Of a stretch of 51,681 bases of DNA, positions 26,292 through 35,493 are shown piece after piece. Each line of letters opens with the position of its first letter. Within the stretch, counting starts at the first letter, position 1. The position numbers and the translations under genes are program-made. This stretch comes from a virus (taxonomy: Duplodnaviria > Caudoviricetes): positions 1-51,681 of the IMG/VR virus record IMGVR_UViG_3300042303_000360; one strand, given 5' to 3'. Under the pieces are notes generated by a model, which saw nothing but the letters and a program-made list of their open reading frames with translations, searched no databases and had not been told where the DNA came from.

Positions 26292-28178
26292 TCAGGCGCC
26301 GGTGGAGCGGTAGAAGCCCTGGTGCTGGCTCACCATGCAGCCGAAGTCATGGCGCAGGTAGGTGGTAATGCCGTCGGGATCGCGCTTGATCTCAGACTCG
26401 ATGGTCGGCCCGGCTTCGCCTTCCAGGTAGCCGTACACCAGCTTGTCCACGCCGGGGTAGTTGCCCACGATGTAGAACTGGCTCACGCTGCTGGCGTCCA
26501 GACGGGGCTCCACGATCTTCTGCAGGTAGCCCGAGAAGATGTTGACGTTGCTGGTCTGCGCAGGGGTGATGGTGGTGTTGAACTTGTCGAACGCAGTCTC
26601 CAGGGTGGTGGGCAGCAGGATGTACTGCGGCACCACATAGAGGGGGTTCTTGCCGGTGAAGTCCTTCTGGTTGCGCATCTTCTGACGCGCTTCAGAGATG
26701 GAGGCCTCGCCGATCACGCCGGTGCCGGTGTTGTTGTGGCTGGCGTGGAACAGGGCCACGCCATCGCTCATGCACTTGGCGTTGCCGGTGATCAGGCCCC
26801 ACATCAGGTTGGCTTCCAGCGTGGCGACGCCGCGGGCCAGCACCTGCACAGCGCGGGTGATGTAACCCAGGTTGTCGTTGATGATCAGGCGGCGGCCGAT
26901 CACCAGCTTCTTGCCGTACTCGGTGAGGCTCCAGGCGCCCTGTTGCTCCTGCAGGGTGCCGGTCTTGTACTCACCGCCTTCCTTGATCTCCTCGGGGATC
27001 ATCTGACCGCCGACCTCGATCTCCTTCATCTCGCGGAAGTCAGGCAGGTTGCGCTGCTCCGCCAAGGGGCGCCAGGTCTGCTGCTCTTCGCCATAGGCAG
27101 CCTTCAGCGTCACGCGCTGGATGCTGGCCATCAGCAGCGGGAAGTCGCTGGTGCTGTGCAGAGCACGCACTGCGATCTCGCTCTTGTCCATGCCGCGGGC
27201 GTTGATCCCGGCCATGTCGAGCGACTCGCGGGCCAGATCGAGCAGCGTGGTGCCGCGATACTCGCGGGCGCCACCGTCGGTCAGCTCGCCCAGGTTGGAG
27301 CGGAACTTCAGGTAGTCGAGCTTCGCCTCGAAGCGCTTCTGCCCATGATCCTTGGTCACTTCGACGCGGCTCTGCGCAGGAGTCTTGCGCTCCTCGGCCG
27401 AGCGGGCGTCGATCAGCTGCATCCGGGCGTCATCAAGCGCCACGCCATCGGCGATCAGCTTGTGGGCCAGCTCGTCGCTCACCTGCAGCTTGCGGGCGGC
27501 GTCGAGGATGCCGGCGGCGCGGCGGCGCTCTTCGGCGCGCACGGCCTCCAGATCCACCACTGGCGCAGCAGGCGCAGCGGCGCGGGATTCAATCTTTTGC
27601 TCGGGCGCAGCCTCAGCGGCCGGCGCCCCCTGGTTCAGTTCGTCCATGGATCGCTCCTGTTGGAGTTGGGTGGGGGTGGGCTCGTCTGAGCGCACCTGGG
27701 CCCCAGCGTCAGCCGGGATCGGGACCAGCGAGAGCTCATAGGGCTCCCAGTCCACAGCGCGCTCAACCGGCACAGCGCCGGTCTCATCGCGCTCGGTCTT
27801 GTGGACCTTGTAGCCCACAGACACGTTGCGGTAGATGCCGTCGATCACATCCTGGAAGACGCTCTCGACTTCATCACGCCGGCTGAACTTCACCAGGGCG
27901 CGGCCCTCGTTGCCATTCAGCCATGCTCGCTGCACCACGCCGATTTGGCTGCGCAACGAGAAGGAGTCGTGCGCATCGAGCAGCGGAGCTCCTTTGTTCA
28001 GTCGCTCCATGCGCACGGCGCCGGGCGCCATGCTCAGCTCCTCGATGTAGTCGCCGCGCGACCAGCTGGCGCGCTTCACCTGGGCGCCGGTCGACCAGAC
28101 CAGCTCGACAGTTCGCTCCTCGACGTTGATCGTCTCGGGGGCGAACATTGCCCGGGTCTGCAGGAGACCGTCGCTCAT
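26292..28178 (-). CDS. Prohead protease - major capsid protein fusion
   Basis: N-terminal PLLDAH...NVSVGY...ELSLVPIPAD protease; C-terminal HSTSDFP..L, EGGEYK, VEPRLD capsid motifs. Confidence 0.92.
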   Translation of the reverse strand: MSDGLLQTRAMFAPETINVEERTVELVWSTGAQVKRASWSRGDYIEELSMAPGAVRMERLNKGAPLLDAHDSFSLRSQIGVVQRAWLNGNEGRALVKFSRRDEVESVFQDVIDGIYRNVSVGYKVHKTERDETGAVPVERAVDWEPYELSLVPIPADAGAQVRSDEPTPTQLQQERSMDELNQGAPAAEAAPEQKIESRAAAPAAPVVDLEAVRAEERRRAAGILDAARKLQVSDELAHKLIADGVALDDARMQLIDARSAEERKTPAQSRVEVTKDHGQKRFEAKLDYLKFRSNLGELTDGGAREYRGTTLLDLARESLDMAGINARGMDKSEIAVRALHSTSDFPLLMASIQRVTLKAAYGEEQQTWRPLAEQRNLPDFREMKEIEVGGQMIPEEIKEGGEYKTGTLQEQQGAWSLTEYGKKLVIGRRLIINDNLGYITRAVQVLARGVATLEANLMWGLITGNAKCMSDGVALFHASHNNTGTGVIGEASISEARQKMRNQKDFTGKNPLYVVPQYILLPTTLETAFDKFNTTITPAQTSNVNIFSGYLQKIVEPRLDASSVSQFYIVGNYPGVDKLVYGYLEGEAGPTIESEIKRDPDGITTYLRHDFGCMVSQHQGFYRSTGA

Positions 28179-28208
28179 GTGTACTCCCTCATCGTTGCGA
28201 TTCTAGGG

Positions 28209-29762
28209 TCAGCCTGCGGGAGCGGTTCTCGGCGCTGCAGGCGCTGGCGGCTGCTCTGCTTCCATCGGCGGCTCACCCGTCGGCGGCATCGTCGACCCAA
28301 TCGGCCGCGCCTGCGTCAGGCCGGCGGCGCTCACCTTCCGCGGGTCGCTGTCGAGCACCACGCCAGCTGCATCCAGCTGCTGGTTCCACTCGGAGTAGAG
28401 CCGCAGCACTTCGTCGGGCTCGTAGCCATCCAGGCGGATCGCTTCCTGCGGCGGCAGCAGGCCCGCGCGCATCCGGCTCAGCGCCGAGCTCGTCTCGCTC
28501 TGCGGGTCGTAGAGCTCGCGGCGCGGCGGCGTCCAGTCGGCGCTCAGGCCATCGGTGGCGATGCCCACCGTCGACGCCTGCGACGCCCACCAGATCCAGA
28601 TTCGATCAAACACGGTCGGCGCCAGGATCTGCCAGGTGTCGCTCATCAGCCGGCGCTGGAAGCCGATCCAGCCCATTCGGCCCTGGGTGTAGCTGCCGCC
28701 GCTGTAGTCGCCCGTCAGCTCTTCGTAGGTGATGCCGATGCCGGCTGCGATCTCCAGCAGGTAGGTCTTGATCACGCGGTCGATCTCGCCCGCGGCTGGC
28801 GGGTTGATCGTCCTGATGTCCTGGCCCGGGCCCAGCCGCACAATGCCGCCCGGCTCGATGCGATCGCCGATCGTGCTCTTCTGATCGCTCGTGCCGTCAA
28901 GGTCAACCACTGCAGCCGCCAGGCACGCAGCCACCTTCTCCTTCATCAGCCGCGCATCGAGCAGATCGCCCAGATCCTTCAGCCGCACCATCACCGGCGC
29001 CAGGCAGCTGACGCCGCGCGTCATGCCCGGCCGCTCCGGCGTGAACAGGTGGATGATCTGGTTCGCAGGCACCGTGTTGCTGGTGATCGCCGTCGCCTGC
29101 ACCGCGCTCTCGCCCGGGTGGTAGTTGTAGATCCAGAAGCGCTCGCGCCGCCCCTCGGCGTCGTAGACGATCCCGCGCTTCGTCCAGCCCTCGCCTGTCA
29201 CGCCCGGCGTGTCGTGGGTCTCGTCGATCCAGTCGCCCTCCATCACCTGCAGCTGCAGGGGCACCGTCAGGCCCAGCCGCCGCATCACCGCAGCGCTCGG
29301 CGTGCGGAACCGGATCAGCACCTCGCCCGACTCCTTCCAGGTGCGCACCACCTGCGCCATCAGGCCGTCGAAGTTGAGCAGGCCGTGGTAGTCGCACTGC
29401 TGCGGATCCGCCATCCACGCGCGCATCAGCTCCGTGATGCGTTCGCCCTGGCGGCCGTTGCGCCTGGCCTGCTTCGCCTTGAAACTCCAGCCCGAGCCGA
29501 TCAGGTTGGTGACCCAGCTCTCGACCGCTTTGCGCGCATAGGGGTTGTTGCGCACCAGATCGCGCGCGCGATCACGCTGCACGCCGAATCCCCGCGCGCT
29601 CGCTGCATCAGCCGAGCTGCCCTGCGTGATCCAGCCATCAGTGCGCCGGCCCCGCGCCGCCGCGTCGTAGCGGCGCATCTGATCGAGCTGCAAGCGCGCC
29701 GCCTGGCGCCGCAACGCCGCACGTGGAGCAATGGCCGCCAGCAGCTGCTCGAAAGGGTTCAT
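28209..29762 (-). CDS. Lambda-family portal protein
   Basis: YDAAARGRR, RARDLVRNN, RPGMTRGVS, YEELTGDYS. Confidence 0.95.
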   Translation of the reverse strand: MNPFEQLLAAIAPRAALRRQAARLQLDQMRRYDAAARGRRTDGWITQGSSADAASARGFGVQRDRARDLVRNNPYARKAVESWVTNLIGSGWSFKAKQARRNGRQGERITELMRAWMADPQQCDYHGLLNFDGLMAQVVRTWKESGEVLIRFRTPSAAVMRRLGLTVPLQLQVMEGDWIDETHDTPGVTGEGWTKRGIVYDAEGRRERFWIYNYHPGESAVQATAITSNTVPANQIIHLFTPERPGMTRGVSCLAPVMVRLKDLGDLLDARLMKEKVAACLAAAVVDLDGTSDQKSTIGDRIEPGGIVRLGPGQDIRTINPPAAGEIDRVIKTYLLEIAAGIGITYEELTGDYSGGSYTQGRMGWIGFQRRLMSDTWQILAPTVFDRIWIWWASQASTVGIATDGLSADWTPPRRELYDPQSETSSALSRMRAGLLPPQEAIRLDGYEPDEVLRLYSEWNQQLDAAGVVLDSDPRKVSAAGLTQARPIGSTMPPTGEPPMEAEQPPAPAAPRTAPAG

Positions 29763-29968
29763 TCGTAGTCCCGCACCACGGCCGGGTAGTCGATCCGCAC
29801 GACCGGTGCAGTGGCGGCCGCCAGGTTGCTGGCGATCAAGTTGCGGGCGCGCATCAGGTCGCTCATCGACTGGTAGCGCACCACCTTGTCGTCGTAGCGC
29901 ACCTCCAGGTATCCGCCGGCAATCGCTTCTTCGATGGCCGCCAGATGCGCCTGCGTGAATGTGCTCAT
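29759..29968 (-). CDS. gpW-like head completion protein
   Basis: LAAIEEAIAGG..EVRYDDKVVRYQS; between terL and portal. Confidence 0.85.
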   Translation of the reverse strand: MSTFTQAHLAAIEEAIAGGYLEVRYDDKVVRYQSMSDLMRARNLIASNLAAATAPVVRIDYPAVVRDYE

Positions 29969-29996
29969 CCCAGCCACCTCCTCGCGGCCATGCTAC

Positions 29997-31898
29997 TCAG
30001 TCCCAGAAGCTGCTCCCTGTGCTGGCTGGCCGCTCATCCTCCTGCACCGGTGCAGGCCGCGGCACATCACGCACCACACCGGCGTAGCGCTCCTCATCCC
30101 ACCGCTCATCGCTCCACCGATCCGCACCCACCAGCGCCGCCGCGGCCCGCGCATACACCCTGCAGTCGAGCGCTTCGTTCCGCGGCCTGGTCTTGATCCA
30201 CTCGAACCTGTTGTAGCCCCGCCGGTCGATCGTGTTCGTCAGCCGCTCCGCGCACAGCTGCCGGAACCATTCCTCGCCGTGCTGCGGGAAGTGGCACCAG
30301 CCATGCGGCAGCTCGCCGTCATCCGGCAGCGGCCGCCGCAGCCAGCCATAGAGCTCGCTCTTCGCCGTGCTGCTCCCCACCGGCCACACCTTCACGCCAC
30401 CACGCAGCGCCTTGCCATTACGCAGCACCTCCACCCGCCCCGGTGTGCCGATGATCGCCGTCTGCGTCTCCTGGCCCTTCACCGCAATCACACGGTTGCC
30501 GGCCTGGCCACGCACCCACCGGTAGACCTCCTGGCTCCTGAAGCCCGAGTCGATCGCCGTCATCCGGATCGGCAGCCGCTGCCCGTCGCCGCGGCCGAAC
30601 TCCGAGCGCACGAACTTCGTCAGCTCGCGCCACACATCCGGCTGCGCCGTGTCGCCAGCCAGCACCTGATAGTCGAGGCTCCAGCTCTTCATCCCAGGGC
30701 CCCAGCCCACCACCTCCAGCTCGAGGCGGTCCATCTGCACGTCCACGCCGCAGGTGATGAACACCACGCCGTCGGGCACCGTGCCCAGCTCATAGAGCTC
30801 CCGCCGGTTGTAGAGCGCCTCCCAGTCCGGCGCCTCGCCATCGTCGTTCCAGCACTCCGCCAGCACCGTGTTGGTCCACGGTTTCAGCTCCGCCGGGTTG
30901 TCCTTCGCCTTCTCGTAGCCCACCACCGCATCGGTCCAGCTGAACCACCCCAGCGGCGCATAGAGCGCCGAGCAGTGGTAGCCCTGCACCGTCCGTTCTG
31001 GGAACGACGCCTCCCACCACTCGTCGGTGAAGACCTCGGGGTCATACCACCATGCTTTCGTGTCCTCCTCGATCCCCTCGCCGCATTCCTCGCAGATCAG
31101 CACCGGCGGCATCCGCAGCGTGTTCGGCAAGCCCGAGTCCTTCGGGTCGTACCGGATCCGGTCCCACACGATCCCCTGCCGGTGCTGGCAATGGGGGCAG
31201 GGCAGCAGCAGGTGCTGCTGGTTGCTGTCTTCCCACTTCGCCCAGATTTGGCTCCGGTTCGCGATCGTCGGCGTCGACGTCCACGCCATCTTCTTCCGCA
31301 CGCCGAACGTCCGGGTGCGGGCCGTCACAATCGCCAGCGGGCTTCCTTCTTTATCCACGTCCGCCGGCCAGCGGTCGATCTCATCCCCGCCGAGATACCG
31401 GATTGGCATCGACGCCAGGCCGCTCGCTGCATTCGCTCCGCCGAGGATCAGGAAGCCGCCGGTGAACTCCTTCATCAGCTGCGTGTTGCCGCTGTCCCGC
31501 TCGCGCGGCGCCTTCACCTTCTCCTGCAGGCTCGGGCTTGCCTCGATCATCGGGGCGATGCGCATCTTGCTGTAGCGCTTCGCCAGGTCGATCGTCGGCT
31601 GCACGAACAGCGCCGGCCCCGGCGCGATGTCCATCGTGTAGCCGGTCCAGTTGTTGAGCGCCTCGCTCTTGCCCATCTGGCTCCCGAACACCAGCACCAC
31701 CTCCTGCACCGTGCTGGTGGCCGAAAGGTCATCCATGGCCTTGCGGAGATAGGGGGTCCTGCTCGTTCTCCACGGACCGTGCTCACTCGAGGCCTTCGGG
31801 CTGAGAATCCGCCGCTGGTCCGCCCACTCGCTGACCGTCAGCAGCGGGTCAGGCTCCAGGCCCCGCCGAAACGCGCGCCGGCATTCCTCAATCAGCAT
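29997..31898 (-). CDS. terL: Terminase large subunit, lambda GpA family
   Basis: VSEWAD, GSQMGKSE Walker A, DEID Walker B, STPT, GVDVQ, RNEALDC. Confidence 0.96.
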   Translation of the reverse strand: MLIEECRRAFRRGLEPDPLLTVSEWADQRRILSPKASSEHGPWRTSRTPYLRKAMDDLSATSTVQEVVLVFGSQMGKSEALNNWTGYTMDIAPGPALFVQPTIDLAKRYSKMRIAPMIEASPSLQEKVKAPRERDSGNTQLMKEFTGGFLILGGANAASGLASMPIRYLGGDEIDRWPADVDKEGSPLAIVTARTRTFGVRKKMAWTSTPTIANRSQIWAKWEDSNQQHLLLPCPHCQHRQGIVWDRIRYDPKDSGLPNTLRMPPVLICEECGEGIEEDTKAWWYDPEVFTDEWWEASFPERTVQGYHCSALYAPLGWFSWTDAVVGYEKAKDNPAELKPWTNTVLAECWNDDGEAPDWEALYNRRELYELGTVPDGVVFITCGVDVQMDRLELEVVGWGPGMKSWSLDYQVLAGDTAQPDVWRELTKFVRSEFGRGDGQRLPIRMTAIDSGFRSQEVYRWVRGQAGNRVIAVKGQETQTAIIGTPGRVEVLRNGKALRGGVKVWPVGSSTAKSELYGWLRRPLPDDGELPHGWCHFPQHGEEWFRQLCAERLTNTIDRRGYNRFEWIKTRPRNEALDCRVYARAAAALVGADRWSDERWDEERYAGVVRDVPRPAPVQEDERPASTGSSFWD

Positions 31899-32433
31899 CA
31901 GCCGCCAGTCCCTCCAGCGCCTTCACCAGATGGCGCTCCAGCACCAGCAGCACCTCCGCGCGTTGCTCCGGCGTCAGGCCCCCGGCCGCCCGCGCGATGT
32001 CGCCGATCATCAGCTGCGGCGTCCGCCGCAACGAATCCCGCACCCGCCGGCCTTCCTCGAACCACACCCGCTCCACATCTGACTTCGGCACCAGCTGGCC
32101 CTGGCGCTCCTTCAGGTCGAGCTCCAGCAGCTTCGCCTGATACAGCGTCCGCAGCGCCTGGGCCTGCGCATGGCTCGGTGCCTTCGACAGCACATCCGGC
32201 GCGTTGCCCTGCTGCTGCTCCCGCTCCCGCGCACGTTCCGCCGCTGCGCCACGCTGCTTCGCCGGCGACGTGTTCCGCTGCCACTCCTGGTCCGCAATCT
32301 CCGGGTCGATCTGCCAGCGGCGCTTCCCCGCCTGCACCGCACCCTTCACGATCCGGCCGTCGGCAATCGCCTTCCGCACCGCGCGACCCGTCACGCCGCG
32401 CTGCTCTGCGTACTCGTCTGGGGAGATCAGCAC
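31888..32433 (-). CDS. terS: Terminase small subunit (Nu1-like)
   Basis: N-terminal HTH (EYAEQRGVTGRAVRKAI) plus helical AKLLELDLKERQGQLV; overlaps terL. Confidence 0.8.
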   Translation of the reverse strand: MLISPDEYAEQRGVTGRAVRKAIADGRIVKGAVQAGKRRWQIDPEIADQEWQRNTSPAKQRGAAAERAREREQQQGNAPDVLSKAPSHAQAQALRTLYQAKLLELDLKERQGQLVPKSDVERVWFEEGRRVRDSLRRTPQLMIGDIARAAGGLTPEQRAEVLLVLERHLVKALEGLAADAD

Positions 32434-32705
32434 AGCTCAACGTAGTAGCCCAGATCAGTCAGCTTCCGCGCCACTCCCGGCGGAAACGGGCTCATCAGCT
32501 GAATCGGCGTGTCGCTCGGCGCGATCCCCTTCACCAGCGCAGCCAGCTGGTCGATGAGCATCACCGTGTGGCCGCGGCCCTCCAGCATCTCCTCGACCGT
32601 CACTTCTGGCCCCACCGGCCCGAAGGTGATCCGCATCGGCCAGGCCCTCACATGACCATTCGGGCCCCACTGGCAGCCGTAGGCGATCTGCGCGACCTCA
32701 ATCAT
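32427..32705 (-). CDS. Small protein with weak QueE-like terminal motifs and no radical-SAM cysteines
   Basis: MIEVAQIAYGCQ and LTDLGYYVEL resemble QueE segments by eye; overlaps both neighbours. Confidence 0.5.
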   Translation of the reverse strand: MIEVAQIAYGCQWGPNGHVRAWPMRITFGPVGPEVTVEEMLEGRGHTVMLIDQLAALVKGIAPSDTPIQLMSPFPPGVARKLTDLGYYVELC

Positions 32706-33081
32706 TGAACCCAGCAACGAACGGCCTGATGCAGCTGGCAGGCGCATCCTGCCAGGGCATGAGCACCCGGGTGCCTGGCGTCGCGTTCATCACCGACCAA
32801 CCCAGCGGGCACTGCTGCACCCAGGACCAGATCTGCCCCACCTCCACCCGCAGGTAGCGCGGCGCCCGGTCGAGCACCCCATAGACCAGCATCCCGCCAG
32901 CGCGCGGCCGCTCCGTCACCTCGAGGCCCAGCCGATCGGCCAGGGCCCAGGCCAGTAGCTGCCCGCCGCGGTCCATCCCACACACCGACGTGCACTGCCT
33001 CGAGCACTGCGCCGCGATCACATCTACCGCCGCATCGAAGCCCGCCCAGGTGAGCGTCAGCAGCGGCCCGTCGCTGCTCAT
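32698..33081 (-). CDS. Phosphoribosyltransferase-fold protein, probably degenerate
   Basis: LTWAGFDAAV...GMDRGG..LA.ALADRLGL...VLMPWQD matches the purine PRTase pattern; the VDD.xDTG PRPP loop is absent. Confidence 0.65.
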   Translation of the reverse strand: MSSDGPLLTLTWAGFDAAVDVIAAQCSRQCTSVCGMDRGGQLLAWALADRLGLEVTERPRAGGMLVYGVLDRAPRYLRVEVGQIWSWVQQCPLGWSVMNATPGTRVLMPWQDAPASCIRPFVAGFND

Positions 33082-33596
33082 CCCTTCCTCGGCACCCACG
33101 CCTTGTTCAGCCCGCGGCCGCGGCCCACCTGCGTCGGCATCCCCGCGCGGTTCACCAGCCGCTGCACTTCCTCGCGCTCCATCCCCAGTCGCTTCTGGAT
33201 CGTGCGCTCTGGCACTCCCTCGTCCACCATCCGCCGCACGATGTCCGCCATCCGCAGCACACCATGCGTGCCCCTGGCTCGGTTGTGCCTGATCGTCGAC
33301 ATCATCCGGTGCACCGGATCCAGACGCACCTGCACAGTAGGCACCAGACCACCCGTCAGGCCAGCCACTCGCGGATCCGCGCTCACCGTCCACCGATGGA
33401 AGCCATCGACGATCACGAACTTCCCGTCAGCCTCCGGCAGCGTCACGATTGCCGAGGTCCAGCCGTCCTCGAGGATGCTCACGATCAGCAGCTCCAGCTC
33501 GGGCGGCGCCACGTGGTTCGGGTTGTAGGCGTTGCCCACCAGGCGGTCGCGCGGCACCCACCGCACCTGCGACACCGGCTGCTGCTCCACGCTCAC
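33078..33596 (-). CDS. IbrB/YbdM-like ParB/sulfiredoxin-fold protein
   Basis: NAYNPNHVAPPE.ELL..SILEDGWT, IVDGFHR, STIRHNRARGTH; GTGA overlap. Confidence 0.88.
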   Translation of the reverse strand: MSVEQQPVSQVRWVPRDRLVGNAYNPNHVAPPELELLIVSILEDGWTSAIVTLPEADGKFVIVDGFHRWTVSADPRVAGLTGGLVPTVQVRLDPVHRMMSTIRHNRARGTHGVLRMADIVRRMVDEGVPERTIQKRLGMEREEVQRLVNRAGMPTQVGRGRGLNKAWVPRKG

Positions 33597-34765
33597 GGCT
33601 TCCGCTCCAGCGCCTTCACGTCCTCGAACGTCAGCCCCTTCCGCGCCGCCGCCGTGATCGCCCGCTGCACCAGCTGGCCCTTCTTCCGGCCCTTCAGGTC
33701 GCCGCGGCTCACCATCTGGCACACGTACCGCCAGCTCAGTCCCGTCATCACGTCGTCCTCTTCCTCCGGGATCGGCCGCCGCGTCTTCTTCCGGTGCATG
33801 CGCACCACCTGCGCCACGCTTCGCGCGATCTCCCCGCGCTCCTTCGCTGGGTAGAGCTCCAGCAGGCTCATCGCCCAGTCCTTCCAGCTCATCCCCGCCG
33901 GCGGCTGCTTCAGCTTCGCGCCATAGAGGTCGGTCCTCGCATAGCGCCCCGCCGTGTTCACGCCCTCCACCCGCCGCAGCATTCGGTCCCACAGCTCCGG
34001 CCAGCCCTGCGGATACTTCCACAGCCCACCCAGCGGCTCCTCACCGAACGGTGGCGTCACCCGCTGCACCCCGACACTCGTCCCCATCAGGGCCTGGACG
34101 TCATAGGCCCGGTTGTAGTCCCACCCCTCGCGGGCCGCCGCCACCCACACGTCCTCCGCACGCCAGTCGTAGATCGGCTTGCAGTTGGTGTAGTACCCCT
34201 GGCGCGGCTCCGCGATGTAGTTGTCGCGCTCCTTCTTCGTCACCGTCTGCAGCCGGCGCGGGCTCTCCTGCGCCCTGATCCCCGTCAGGTCCGCCACCGT
34301 CCCGCACTCCGGCCCGAACAGCACCGGGCCCACATCATCGAGCTGCATCCCCATCTCGAACCGCGGCACATCCCGCACCGTCACCACCCGGGCCGGCATC
34401 GGCCGCACCCAGCGATCGCGCGCCGACTCGTCCCAGCAGTTCCACCACGGCTGGCTCCTGGCGCACGCATTCCGGTGCCGGATCGGCAGGCAGCACCACA
34501 GCAGCCGCACATCCTCCCGCCCACGCACCCGCTCCACATACTCCACCGTCTCGGGGTACAACGCCTCCTCGTCCACGAAGTAGACGTCCAGCGGCAGCCG
34601 GCCTCGCTCGCGCGCCACCTGGGCCGTCAGGTTCAGCACCACCGTGCTGTCCTTCCCGCCGCTGAAGCTCACCACCACCCGATCGAACAGGTCGTAGATC
34701 CGCTGCAGCCGCATCAGGGCCGCAGCCATCACGTCCTGCTCCACCTCCACCTTGCGCAGCGTCAT
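33593..34765 (-). CDS. IbrA/YbdN-like PAPS-reductase-family (PP-loop) protein
   Basis: VSFSGGKDS, WCCLP..HRNAC, GIRAQES..R, PIYDWRAEDVW, QRVTPPFGEE. Confidence 0.9.
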   Translation of the reverse strand: MTLRKVEVEQDVMAAALMRLQRIYDLFDRVVVSFSGGKDSTVVLNLTAQVARERGRLPLDVYFVDEEALYPETVEYVERVRGREDVRLLWCCLPIRHRNACARSQPWWNCWDESARDRWVRPMPARVVTVRDVPRFEMGMQLDDVGPVLFGPECGTVADLTGIRAQESPRRLQTVTKKERDNYIAEPRQGYYTNCKPIYDWRAEDVWVAAAREGWDYNRAYDVQALMGTSVGVQRVTPPFGEEPLGGLWKYPQGWPELWDRMLRRVEGVNTAGRYARTDLYGAKLKQPPAGMSWKDWAMSLLELYPAKERGEIARSVAQVVRMHRKKTRRPIPEEEDDVMTGLSWRYVCQMVSRGDLKGRKKGQLVQRAITAAARKGLTFEDVKALERKP

Positions 34766-35493
34766 CGCGTCCGGTGCTCCGCGCGCTCCGGCGCCGCCGC
34801 ACTCACGCCCTCGATGATCGTCCTGGTCAGCATCGGGTGCTGCTCATCCGTCGGGCCGCAGTCCGAGTCCGGGTGCCACGCCACCACAACCATGCTCTCG
34901 TCACGCTCGGTCCTGAACCGGTGCTGGCCGTCCGCATGGATCACGAACACCATCCCCGGCAGCAGCGGCTGGCGGCCCCCCGGCGTCACGCACTGGCCGC
35001 GCCCGCGCAGCACCACACCAATCCGCACGCTTGGGTGCGTGTGCATCGTCTGCTCGGTCCCGCCCGGGAACCACAGCCCGTTCAGGCATGGATCCCCCAG
35101 CTTCACCGGCGGCACCAGCAGCGTGTCCATGCAGCCGTCGATGTAGCGCAGCCGGCCCTGGGCCTCCACCGGCCCGCCCACCGCGAACATCCCGCGCCAT
35201 CCGTGCTGGCTGATCACGATCCCCTCCGGCAGCCCATCCGGATCCCGCACTGGGTAGACCGCCACCTTGCCTGGCACCGACGCATACATGCCCGGCCGCA
35301 GCCGATACCGATCGCCCTCCCACGGCTCCACCCACAGGCCGCCGTGGATGCAGAACACGAACGCCGTCGCGTTCTCCTCGCTGTGCAGCAGCTGCCCGCC
35401 GCACATCACGCCATAGACCCGCGTGCCGCTCTCCTCCAGATCCAGCAGCAGGCCGTTCCGCAGCTTCAGTCCCTCAAACGCTCGATCGAGCAT
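34762..35493 (-). CDS. Cupin-domain protein
   Basis: QTMHTHPSVRIGVVLRGRG and PGMVFVI....HRFRT metal-binding cupin motifs. Confidence 0.85.
   Translation of the reverse strand: MLDRAFEGLKLRNGLLLDLEESGTRVYGVMCGGQLLHSEENATAFVFCIHGGLWVEPWEGDRYRLRPGMYASVPGKVAVYPVRDPDGLPEGIVISQHGWRGMFAVGGPVEAQGRLRYIDGCMDTLLVPPVKLGDPCLNGLWFPGGTEQTMHTHPSVRIGVVLRGRGQCVTPGGRQPLLPGMVFVIHADGQHRFRTERDESMVVVAWHPDSDCGPTDEQHPMLTRTIIEGVSAAAPERAEHRTR

Noticed and set aside
33593-34765. Sulfate-assimilation cysH auxiliary gene, or a complete Dnd system
   Set aside because: Motifs and the IbrB-like neighbour fit IbrA/YbdN; no DndA/B/D/E-like genes are visible
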